Shown: piece by piece, positions 32,977 to 46,000 of the stretch
Position numbering within the stretch: position 1 is the first letter of the stretch
How the letters are laid out: every line of letters begins with the position of its first letter
Assembly: GCA_964252035.1 (NCBI GenBank)
Contig: OZ176209.1
Length of the DNA stretch: 64,000 bases
Direction: 5' to 3' (one strand)
Origin: Podarcis erhardii
Taxonomy: Eukaryota
Translations under genes and position numbers: made by a program
Notes under the pieces: generated by a model
Databases searched by the model: none
What the model saw: the letters and a program-made list of their open reading frames with translations, nothing else
Told to the model about the DNA's origin: nothing

Positions 32977-34039
32977 CTGAGTAGCAGTATAGTAAAGTTA
33001 TACCACGATCCATTGTTTCATTAAGAAGAAAGTAATTTACCTGGGGCTTCTGCTCCATATGTGAATGATTTTGAGTAAGAGAGTAGGAGAATATTGGCTC
33101 TCAGAGGCCAACCTGAGGATCTGAGGGAACAAAACAGGAGAAAATAAAATCGGGGCAAAATATTGAGGCTGTCTTGGTAGAGATGTTTGCAAAAGAAGCA
33201 GCATTAGTATACTCACGATTTGCTTCTGAATGAACAATTTACTGTTTGCATTTATCTTCCTTTCACCACAACACTAAGAGCTAAGCCAGGTATTTCTGCC
33301 TCCACTAACATCAAGAACAAAACTGCTAATGATGAGTGGAGCCATGAATGTTGCCGTTATGGCTTCTCTACACCCACCACAGCTAAGGCAGTCTAGCATT
33401 AAAGGGACCATCTCCAAGTACCTGAGACAGGTAGACTAGTGAGGAAAGGTTATAGTCTGAAGGAACCATCATTTTTTCCTGTTACATACTTAGAGGTGAG
33501 CCAGCACATGCTCACAGGAGACTTCTTCCTAGTTTTATCTAAAAAGAAGTATCCAATATTTGCTTTATGTTTCATTATCTTTGTGAGGCTTGACCAAAGA
33601 GTTACTGCAGTGTAGATGGGTGACAGCTTCCACGACCTTAAGACTGTTGAGGCATGAGAGGGCTCCTGTCATGCATGGCAGATCTGTTCCCACTCCCTTG
33701 GACCTCAGGCAGTAGGTCTAGCTGTTGTGGCATGCACACTGCCACAGTATGGTAACAGAGAGAGAGATGAGTGGCGGGTGCCACTCAGTGACACAGTTTC
33801 TCCCAACAAAGATGTGGCATTGACTTAGGAACATGTATATCTCATCCAAAAAATTTGAAACTTTACATTTGTCAACTATAAACATGATGTCACATTCAAG
33901 TTTTATGGAGATGATATAGACAAAAGCCTTTAGATTCAATAAAACTCGTGCTGCTTATGAAAGGACAAACCCAGTTTACATTGTACTTGGATTAAATTTA
34001 CATACTTCTGGACTGTAGCTTGAGTGGATACACTGATTA

Positions 34040-34090
<51 letters not shown>

Positions 34091-37000
34091 TATACCCTGC
34101 CCAGCTGGCTGGGTTTTCCCACCTACTCCAATAAAATTAGATATTTTGTTCCTAGCATGCCCTCTGTGCTTTGACCCAAATACCACTTTCACTCCAAAGC
34201 AAGTCATTTGTGCAGTTTGGAAGATGCTAGAGGACACCTGAGACATGTGCCTAAGTAAAGGAAAGCAAGCAACTCTCCACCTTCACGCTGCCCTTACCTG
34301 GGGCCAAACCACCGCATGAAAAACTGCATCAATCTCTTCCACACTAAAGTTGTACGTTTTGAAGTCAGAGAAAAAGTCTGCTATAAGTTTAAGTCCAAGC
34401 CGCCTCAAATTTTTCAGTGGGTTAATTAATTTGAGTTGAATCTGCAAAACAAATCATAACAATCCTGTGAGGGTCTTTCTTCTTCTTCTTCTTAAGCAAA
34501 ACATTTAAAGGGCAGTTATTCTTTACCACCTAAGATTTAAAAGACTAGTTACTGAATGTGTCCTCTGAACTGCAAGCAGTACCCATATGTCTGCATTGCC
34601 TCTGTCCGAGTTACACTAATGCTGCATGTCTCTGGAGTATTAATGTAAATTTATATAAAGAACTTTAATCCAAAGATCACAGAATGGTTTATAACGTAAG
34701 AGCACAAAAGAAATAATAGCCAAAAAAAAACCCAATACATTTTTAAAGTCCATAGATATATTGCACAGCAAATAAAGATATTGAGATTTGTTCGCATAGC
34801 ACGAGAGCAAAAAGCAAGCATGCTGGAGATGACAAGCCCACCTAGGGCCAGCCCGAAAGCTAGGCGGTGTGAGATAGCTGCCTCAGGCAGCAGGCGCTGA
34901 AAATGAAGAACCACCATGAGTACGAATGTAAGATTCAACAGCCAGCCTGGCTAGTTTCTCTATGTGAGATCTGCATGGCGAGGAAGCATCTTAACCTCAA
35001 GTGGCAATTTGTTAGCCAGCCCTGTGTCCACAAGAAAAAAAAAATCTACCCCAAATGAGAACTGTAGGAACTAGTAACCCCACACCTCCATTTATAACTA
35101 TACAAAGTTAACATTTAACACAGACAGTAGTATTAGTAGGCAATAAATGATTAATGTGTTTTGAAAAAGACCCAGTAGAATATAAATGAGGCTCTTAATT
35201 GGCATTTATTTCCTCACTAGATAATGAAGTGTTAAATTAAGTTTAACAAATGGCAGCGCTGAAAAAAATATTTGTGAAGCCTGGAGTTACTGAATTACAG
35301 CTTTTCGTCTCAAGAGTTAGTGAATAACTTCATGTGCAAAACTAATTACCATGAACTTCAGCAACACTGCTGTCAAAATGATTGCTTTGAGCTCAGTCTG
35401 AAAGTCTGCATGTCCATGGAGCGCAATATTGTACATCAGATCTTGCACTGTGACTTTTCTGGGTGTTGCTCTTTTTGAACTTCCTGGCTACAGTAAGAGG
35501 CAATGGTGGACTTGCAAGTCACATTAAGCCAAACTATAGTCCGATGTGAAAAAGCAACATGCAGGTGCACATTACTCAAAAATTTCCATGGTAATCCTTT
35601 CCCACTCCTGCTGCCATCATGCTGTGGCTGAAATAAACCAGAGTTTGGCTTGTTGCGCTGGCCAAACCCAGGCTCATGGTATGTTTCTCTCCAAACAAAC
35701 CACACGTATCAAGCCCAAAAGAAACCTTGGTTACAAACCACAAGCCCAGCTTCAAATGACACAAGCCAAACTCCGGCTTGTTTTGTACACAACAGGGCAG
35801 CAGCAGGAGCAGTGAAGGAGAACTGGAATTTTATACCTCTCTCCTCAATTGCATTTAAGGACAAATGAAATCCTTTCATATTCTTTTAGTTTGGAGGGAG
35901 GTAAAAATACAGGATTGCCCTCTCTCTCATGAATATTTGATTTATATTTGGAACCACCGGTATGGGCAACTGGAACAGAATAGGGCGATTTATGGTTCCG
36001 TTTACGAGCAAGTGGAATTTAAATTAGCTGTACATGCAGATTATTTATTACTCTTAACTAGTATTTCTGTCAGAATTAATAACAACTGATAGAATTTTAA
36101 GGTATACAATTAATTGGTTAAAATCTGCATTAACGCCAGTGGACGTCAAAGCATAAAAGACTAAGCGTGGTCAGAGAAAATTGTTCATGAGGAACTCTCC
36201 TTGGTCCTGAAATGAGCAACGTGCCTTGCTCTATCAAGCCCCATGGGCTTCTCATCAGAAACAGAACAGAACGCATACACAGGAGCAAATTTCTCACCTT
36301 TTCCCGTTCCTGAAGAATGTGGGATACTGTTGCCATCATGCAAAGTAAAATCTGCAAAATCTCGGGCAGGTACTGGCTGATCAGATGCCCCATGTTTTTC
36401 AGTACTACTTCCAGGCTGTTGAAAAGGCTATGCTGCCGACCCAGAGGCAAGACTCGAGATAAATCGAGATCTTCCCGTGCTTGGAGCACTGCAGAGAGGC
36501 AATCTCCTACCAAAAGCAAAAAGGAGAAGTGGGGTGGGTGGGAGGTGGAAACAGTAGTATCATCTTGGTAATAACGCTACAGAGATTGAAGGTACTGTTC
36601 AGTTTTGGTAGGTGCATTTCAAGATGGACTATCCCACTCCTAAAGATACAGAAATTAGCAAATCAATGATGCCTAGGCTTCTGTTGCAATGCTATACCCA
36701 ATTTTAAGAACCAAATTCTAGGGAAAAGCAGTAGAAGCAACATGTGGTTTAGAGGGCAAAAATTAGAATGACCCCTTAATGGATGTGTTTTGCCTTTGGG
36801 AGCTAAATCCCACTAAACATAGTGCTGCTTACACTCAAGTAAGCATTTAGAGTATTGCACTTTAAGAGATTTTTGGTTTTCACAAACAAGATGAAGAACT
36901 AATGTTCCCCACTATTACTAAATGTAAAAATAGGGTCACAAGGAATGTTCAGTGGCAAAAAAACACACTTAAGACAAAAGAGATCACAGTTCAATGTAAT

Positions 37001-40000
37001 GCAGACTCTATATGTAAAAAGTAAAGGTAAAGGACCCCTGGACAGTTAAGTCCAGTCAAAGGTGACTATAGGGTTGCAGCGCTCATCTCACTTTCAGGCC
37101 GAGGGAGCTGGTGTTTGTCCACAGACAGCTTGACTAAACTGCTTCTGGTGCAATGGAACACTGTGATGAAAACCAGAGCGCACGGAAACGCCGTTTACCT
37201 TCTCACCGCAGCAGTACCTATTTATCTACTTGCACTAGTGTGCTTTTGAACTCCTAGGCTGGCAGAAGCTGAGATGGAGCAAAGCGAACTCATCCCATTG
37301 CAAAGATTTGAACCGGATTAAAATATTCTCAAGAAGCACCCAAAACAAATATTGCAAATAAATCAGCTGCCCAAGGAATCATCTCCCAATTTCCCCCCTA
37401 ATTTTCCAATCATAATCAGCAATCCATTCTCCTTAAAACTTTCAATCCAACTCTCAAAGCTGCTTCATTATCAGGCATGATGTCCAGATACATGGTTTTA
37501 ACACTGAAGCAAGTTAGACATGCAACAAAACACCGTATTTTACAGTTCAGGCTATAAGCTACGAAGAAGCAACAAAATATTGCAGTGTATCGTCACCTAG
37601 CGTACTCCTTTACTATTGGGCCCTTCCTAGCTTCAATCCTGTTGGGCTCTTACTAGCCACGTTCGCCATTAGATAAAAGGTTTCTCGTGTACAAGCCATA
37701 CCATTGCCAAAGTGCTTCACAGGCTCAAATAGTAGATCCAGGAACATCCTAATCTCTTCAGGCAGTGAGCCAGCAAGGAATCTCAAAACAATAGCCATGC
37801 GTGTCCCAGCGGCTGACTTCCCCTGTGTTTTGCTTCCAGTTTTATTTCTCATCCGTCCATACAGAATCCTTCCAATACCAAAAATAAAGTTATTATTATT
37901 TTCACAGGTTACCAGCCTGCATACAGAAGACTTGGTCCATTGGACCTGTTGATCTTTTCTTTTCTTACATAGAAAAGAACTATTACACAGACTTAGAGAA
38001 TGCTTCCAAGTTGCCAGAATTGCAATCATAATTTTGGCTGCAAAATGAGAGCTATCATAACCCACACACTCCCGCCATTTCGTTTTGATTTTTGCCTGTC
38101 CTACCCTCCCAGCAACCCTGTGAGGTAAGTGAAACCAGCTGGTGATGACTGGCCCAAGGCTACCCAATGAACTTCATGACAGACTTGGTATTTGAATCCA
38201 GAGCTCCCTAGCCCTAGTTCGGGACACCACTTTGGCTCCCAACCAAGATAATTACTGACGCAATTTCCCAGTGACTTGATTGGAAAGTTTCTTAACCATT
38301 TGGAAGAACTCCAATGAATAAGGACTCACTTAACTTACAGAAGACAGTTTTCCACACACAAAAAAAAGTGGCTTAAGTAACCCATAGAGTATTTGGAATT
38401 CACAGTGAAACCTGAGAAGCAGGTCAAAAAATCCAACCATCTTCCTGTTGAAGTAGGCCCATACATTGTCATATTTCATTTGTAAAGACCCATAAGGAAC
38501 CTATACAGACTTGATTTCTAAGTTAATATACAGAAGCGCCTTAACCTCATTAGAACAGGAACAAGCTCTGGCCGGTGCAGTGCCTTTACTGTGGTGTTTT
38601 CTTCAGAAATGCTGAAATGAACTATTTCTTCCTTAAAGCTCTTGTCTTCCAGCAGCCGTTCCAAGTTCTCTCTGTAAGTAGATAATGCAAGATTAAGAAA
38701 AAGATTCTCTACGCAATATCTTAGAAAACAAAGGCACAGATCCTAGAAACAAATTATGGTTATGCTTGGCGAAGAGAGCACCTGTCAAGAACATGCATGT
38801 GTGAACACTTACGCACCATTTGCTCTGGCCATGATATATTCTTCCTATATGATGGCTGAAGCAAAACAAACAGCCAAATCAAACTGAGGATGCAATCTAG
38901 CGAGAGTTCCTCCACCAACTGAAGGCATCCATTAACGCAACAGGGATGGAAAGAATTCCCAGCAACTCCTCCCCGGCCCTTCTTGCATCACTCTGTCTCC
39001 CCACCAGCTTCGGAGGATTGAGGAACCCCTGGAGCAGAATTTGGGGAGCTAAGAGGGAGGAGCTAATGTCTTCCATCAGCAGAGCGATATCCACTGAATC
39101 CCACCCATAGAACTTCTTACCGGTATGGCAGTAAATGTGGATGCTTGTAAGTCATGATACAGTCAAGAGCTACTTTTTGCACACTCTGGTCTTGATGAGA
39201 CAGCAGCTGAAGATAATGTTTTAGAAGAAATAAGTCAGAAGAAAGCACACATATAAGATTCCAACTTATATTGCTTTAGTAAATCCCCTCTCCCCATAGG
39301 CTTTTATTTTTCTGAGATTTATCTTGTGCCCAGTCACACTTCATCCCTTTGGCTGGCCTGACAAAGAGGAACTGGACAGGAGAGAGGTAAACAAAGCTGC
39401 CTACAGTCATTTGCCTTAATTTTGCAAGATGCTTAAGAGGTTTATTCTACAATCAAGCAGTATGTAATATTTGTGCAATCAATAATAAAATACATGATTA
39501 TTGGGGAGCAGCCCCTCCACAAACACAGTAAGAAAATTTGAGAAGCCCTGGCCTTACACAGAGATACTAAACAGAACACAATTTCCACTAATCCTTAACA
39601 TTCTCCATCATTCCAATTGTAGGAATTTAACTCTGTTAAAAAGCTTAAGAAACTCATTTATTCAGAATTTTTCAAGAACAACAACAGAAAGACAGTTTAG
39701 TAGCAAACATTGGTGCAGGTTAATCAGGGATGACGTCCACAATACCACATTGGCAAACTTAACTGCTTCAAAAGATAACATATATTTTGCACAAGCATGC
39801 AAAAGGGATAAATAGCAAGTTCTACCAAAACATTTTGAAATTGGCATGGTCCTTGCAGGACAACAACTACACACACATCTAAACAAAATTAAAAAGAAGC
39901 TCAGAAGTTTCACCTGAGTGTATATTTCATTCAATTTTGCTTCTAAATACAATGCACGTGGATTTGAAAATTGGGCAAACAGTTGCAAGTGGGTGATGAG

Positions 40001-43000
40001 CTGTCTGAAAAACAAATTGGAACACAGAAGTTAACAGCAGAAAGCAATTGTTCTGAGTCATCATTAAAAAATTTTGATTTTCGGTAATGATTTAAAAGAA
40101 AAAGAAGTAAGTCTACTGAAGCATGTTCAAAGACTGTTGAAAGCTAATAAAAAGCAGGGTTTTCAACACAAGTGTATCACTCAGAAGCTCATCTTCCCTT
40201 TGCTGAAAGGAGGAAGAGGAGAATTTGGGAGAGAAGTTGTAATAAGTCATCCTAGTGATAAAAAGTAGGCAGAACTGATCCAAATCCCCAGCTTCTAGCC
40301 ATTCACAAATTGACTCAGTTTCTCATACTATCCTCACCCGATGATCTTTACTTCTTCACACATCACAATAAACCATGGTTTGCGGCTTACCATGGTTTAC
40401 CATGATCAAGCAATATGGTTGTGTACACCACCAATCTTTCCTGCTTCACTCATCCCCTGGCACAAGAGGAACAACTAGGAAACCACTGTTAAGCTTGGCC
40501 TCCTGTTACATCCAAGTACATGGCAACTTCCAGTTAGCCTTAAACCATGGCTTGTTGCTGACACGGATTGGGGCCAGTCCCAGGTTCAGATGGAATGTAA
40601 AGTCAAGCTAAATTGTGGCTTCCTGGTTAATTTCTTCTGCTCCCACCAAAGGAGGAGTGGAACAGGACCTATTAGACAGTGTGCAACAGTGTAAAACCAT
40701 GAGCCAGAAATCATGCTTATCATGATGAGTAAACACAGCCTGAATCTAAAGAATATGCACGTCATAGAAAAATTGTTATGTTTATATAATGCTATGGCTG
40801 CATACATTTGCTCTGCAACTGCAGCACAACCTTTAGAGCTAAATAGCAGCAAGTTAATTATGAAGACTTACTACTTGTGAGGCCGTTACTTTGTGTAACA
40901 GGCCATTTTCTCAAGGATAGAACAGCCCCTCAAGAATACAGGAGTTGGTTGTCTCTGTCATAAACCTGCCACAATCTATGTGCACCAGAAAGTAAAGAAT
41001 TTATGCTCTAAAGTTAAACAATAGTGGAATGACACTGACAGAGAAATGACCCTGGGGTCAACCTTCACTAAAGATTCATTAACACTTGGCCCATAAATCT
41101 TTTACTTCTTGAGTTACTGATATAGGTATTTTAAAAATTCCATTGAGGAACAAGAATTTTTGAGGCTGGAGTTCTGTCACAATCAAGAACAGCATTCCAC
41201 ACACACACACACACACACACGACTCTCTCAATCCTGGCCTACAATTCTCAACAGATAATCATAGAATCAAAGAATTGTAGTGTTGGAAGGGACCCTAGGA
41301 ATCATCTAGTCCAACCCCCTGCAATGCAGGAATATGCAGCTATCCCATATGGGGATCAAACCTGCAACCTTGGTGTTATCAGCACCATGCTCTAACCAAC
41401 AAATGCAGAATTTTAGCACTACAGCAATGACCAGCCAGAACCAACCATGATTTGCGATCTTTCCATCACTGAAAGAGCTTTTGTTCTTTGTTTCATAGCG
41501 TGATTAGGATGTTCTCTTGTTACATAAGAGGTGGGGATCTTTTTATAGTTTGTGGGCTATATTATGGAGCTGTTTGAAAGCCCTCTGGAAGCAGCCTTGG
41601 ACTGCCCCTTTCAACCTTCAATTTTTGATGGGCCATTCATGGGGGAGCAAGAACCACAAGTCAAATTACATTCAAAAGTGATCTTCTTCACCTTACACGT
41701 ACACTATGTAGAAGAATATAAGTTTCACCACCCCAGCCCTCCTCTTCCCAACCTGATCTTCTCCAATATTTGTGGGACATAAAGTTTTCCTTCCCTGTAA
41801 TTAAGTAAAGCTTACTTTGACGCAGCTCTTCTAGTCTTCTTTTTTGGCATCTCTTCCATCACTGGCTCTTCAGAAGTCTCCTTCTCTTCCTCATTCTCAT
41901 CCTCAACCTTCTCATCATCTTTCATGGTTGCATCTCCTTCCATGGTGAGGTCTCGTTTTACACTGCTACTGCTTTTCTTTCTAAGGTCTTGTGCTGGAGC
42001 TACTAGTGAATCTGCAGGATAGTATTCGTTGCTGTAAAAAGAAAAGCAAGAAAACAAAAAAGGGATGGGCTAGAACAGGGGTCAGCAATCTAAGGCCCAT
42101 GGGCCAGAAGTGGCCCGTGGAGGTCGTTTGACTGGCCCATGAGCCGCCCCTGAACTGAGTTGCCCGCTCGCGCGCTGCGCTAAATCAGCGCAGCATGGCA
42201 CAGGGATTCACTTCTTCAGTGCCGGAAATCGCATCTGCGCACATGCAGATGCTGAAAATAGCGGGCACACTCGCTCACACACACGCACAATCCGGCCCAC
42301 AGAGAGATCTCCGCAGGACCGATCCAGCCTAGGCAAGATAAACCTTGCCACCCCCTGGGCTAGAACTCCTGCAGCCTGTTTCTAGATAGACCTTCCTGCC
42401 TGTTGCTTCTCTCTTTTCGATTTATTCAAATGCCTCGGTAAAAATATATATTTCATGTTGTGATTACCTCACGCGTCCCTCTCAAGTCTCCACACAGGCT
42501 CCCTGTTATTTTATGCCCCAACCTCAAGCTCCTACTGCTTATATTTAATACTGACATTTAGCTACCTTTATAGCCTCTTTCCAGAAGTTGTTTGCCTGGT
42601 GGCGCAGAGCCACAGTGTTTATTTTCCAGATGGTGTGTTGCTGCCACTCGCCCACTGACCTCTCACCATCATGTTTTTCATTAAGTGGTAGCAAAACACC
42701 TGTTGGGGAGCTAGTGTTGCAGCTCCTCCCAACCAGGTAGGCCCTGTTTGTCTGTCTGTCTCTCATCAACTCATGGAAGTTACTAGAACCTTCTATTTTC
42801 TGTTGTTCTATTCTTTCCTCTGCCTGGAATGCCCTCCCAAACCACCTCCCTTTTCTCCAACCATTTTTATCTACCAGAAATTATGTGCAGATCATGGCTA
42901 GGGCTAAGCTAATTTCTCGCTAAGTTTTGAGAATTATTAGTGTACACACACACACACACCCATGCACACTCACACAAACGCACATGTCTGCACACAAATA

Positions 43001-46000
43001 TAAAGCGATCCCTGAAGTTGTCTTAAAAATTACATAGGTACTTTCGATAGCATTTAAAACCAGTACTCAAAAATTATTCCCTCTCTGGCCCACCCTCGGT
43101 GAAAATACTCACGTAATAAACCTTAAGAGAAGTGGAGAGAGTTCTCTAGACCTGGGTTCCACTCTGTCCGGGAATTTTGACATTGCCTTCCAAAGCAACA
43201 GCCTAAAATTTGCGTGATCTGTCCTCTCACTGCAGCATGTCTGACATTTCAGCTGCTCAATATACAAAGTTCTGGCGTCTCTTCCATGGATTTCTTCTCC
43301 TTGAGCATCCATAATGTCCCACTGATCTTCTTCCAGCTCATTATGTAGCTCTCTCTCTAGAGAAAAAGCAAAAATAAAATTATATTTTATTACTCTTTAG
43401 TAATAAAGCTTCTGATCATGTATTAGTACAAGGCCTTAAGTTCTATTTACTGTTTTGAAGGCACTGCAGCTAATACAGTACCCCGCTGCTCTTGGAGGGT
43501 ATGTCATTAAAAAGTGAGAGAACAGATTTATTAGAAAATGTTCCAACAAGCTGATGCAGCTATAGTTAAGACAAGTGGAGCCTAGGGCTGGGCGATGTTG
43601 GGTCTTCAACAACGCAGAGTATCACCAGCCAAACATCACGGTTTGGCGATATACCATGATGTTTTAAAAAGCTGCATTGGCCCCATCCGGCAAGATGCCA
43701 GGTGAAACTGCAGCAGCTCTTATCGTGGAACCTGAGGCACTTTCACCCCAGCACCTCACAAGCTGTGGCCCCTTGAGAGACCCACAGCTTTTCACCCCAT
43801 GTATAAAGCTTGCTGAATGTCTTCAAGCACACAACACATTTGTATAGAGCAGAGGTAGCTATCATGGTCTCCTCCAGGTGCTGTGGGACTACCATCAGCA
43901 TGGCCAATGGTCAAGGAAGGAGAAGCCTTGTTCCCACCACTGCATGTAGCCTCTCTATGCCTTGAAGTTGGACCAGTGAAAACCACTAGTTTCTTTTCTT
44001 AGGAAGAACAAAAGCAGCAAAAGGAAGAGAGGAAACAACTTTGAGACACTTGAACACCTCCTATTCTGGGGCCGAGAATGGAGTGGGAGACGAGAGAGAA
44101 AAAAACTCTCCTGAACTGTATGAAGTAAAAAAACTCCTAGACTTAGTTCATGAGCAGCTCTGATCTTGGCTGGACTATTATGAAGGCATTAAAGTTGCCT
44201 TTCTCTTACCAGCATAAATGACGGCCTTTTCCAAATGTTCGAAGTAAACTTTCCAAAACTGTTTGTTTTCCATTTCATTTGCATGAGAGCTAATTTAAAA
44301 AAAAATAAAGGGAGGGATGTAAAATTGGGCAACTTCAGCCTATAAACTAAAACTACAAATACTACTAGCATAAAAGAAGAAAAATAATACCAGTCAACTA
44401 GGAGTTGGCAAAGAAAGTATATAGCACTGCATTTCTATGCTGGGCATAGACAAGAGAGCTGTTGATCCCTCCTCTGTGCCCAGCATAGAAACCAAAGTAC
44501 TCCATTACTCCTCTGCCGGCCCACTCACTCCCCAGCATGGAATATCATGCACTACTGCTTGCAGATCTTGGTCAGCTAGCTCTACCAAGATAGTGCATAA
44601 AAACAAGGCTGTCCTATTTGGTTCACTAACACTATGAAGGATCTACAGCTTTCTGATATTAGTTGATAGGGCTTCCTTCTGGTCATGTGAGAATCCAAAA
44701 GTGCTTTGCAAAATGTTTGCAAAGCAGAAGACTAAATCTTGTAAATCAAGCAGTGGCCCTTCAGATGTTGATAGGCCCCAACTCCCTTCAGTCCCAGCTA
44801 GCATAGCCAATGGTCAGGGATGATACGAGCTGGAGTCAAACAAAATCTGGAAGGCCAGAGGTCTCCTATTCCTGTCATAAATATACACTCCTATATGGGA
44901 TAGTCATTCTCTTCATTATATGGGAAGCCTGGAAACAAATTTTAACTCAGCCATTGCTTTACTAGTGGGCTTCAACAGCCCATTCTGCTTCAGGTTCAGT
45001 TAAGAATGTGTAAAATGAGAACACTGCAAACTTATATTTATGAATAAGATAAAGAAATGTTTTGCACTATAAGCCATAGGAAGCAGGGAGGACATTTTCT
45101 AAAATAAGGAATGAATTTGACCCAAATGCATGAAGATGCAAACCATTCACTTTTAAAACAGGACATTCAGCAATCCAACCAGAAATATGCCTTGCAATTA
45201 ATTTAATTTCCCCACCTATCAAAATACACATAGAAATCTCACCCAGATCTATTTTATATTTTATTTGTTTATACAGTTTTTATTATTCAGGAGTGGGAGG
45301 AAATACTTACGCTATAAGCTCAATCACAGGAACCCACAACGGATTGAAGTTGATATAAAGCATTCCCAGTAAATACCGAAGAGGCACCTAGGATAATATT
45401 TCAGTATGGGGGTTTTTTTGTATCTTTAAACCATCGTTAATACATTTATTAGTGGTACTTATTCTCACAAAACCAATGTTAAACCATTTAACATTTACAA
45501 TCATGTTAATTTACCTGGTCCCTGTAAAAGCTCTAATAACGCAATTGTTCTAGTAAATCAAAAAGTTCCCTCTCATTCTACTGTCACAAAGGAGGAAAAG
45601 CCTCAGAATATTAAGCCTGGAGCATTATCAATGGCCTGCTTCACTGCAATGGTTTCCCAAAATACATCTCCTTGTGTTTTGTAACAATACGTAAATGAAT
45701 TATCCGTCTCCTCCTATAGCAGTGGGTGACAAAGTTCTTTAGGATGCCACTGCAAAGAAGGAAAAGCATGAACTGGCCTTCAATAGGTGCTTGGTGCATG
45801 GAGACGCACTAGGTGTATTTTCAATTCCCCTCCACACATAGAACAAACACAGAAAGGGGGATTGGAATCATTCTTTCTGTCTTTTCATAAAGAAAAATAG
45901 TACATACAGTGAAAACAGGCTGGAGGTACATAGGTTTGCACTAGCCATTGGGAATTCTATTGCATCAGGTTTCCTGGCAGCACATGTAATTGTGCAAGTT

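Noticed and set aside
37613-38167. 184-aa ORF as a separate gene or extended exon
   Set aside because: It is UTP20 exon 26 (37702..37868) read through flanking intron and a MIR-like SINE.
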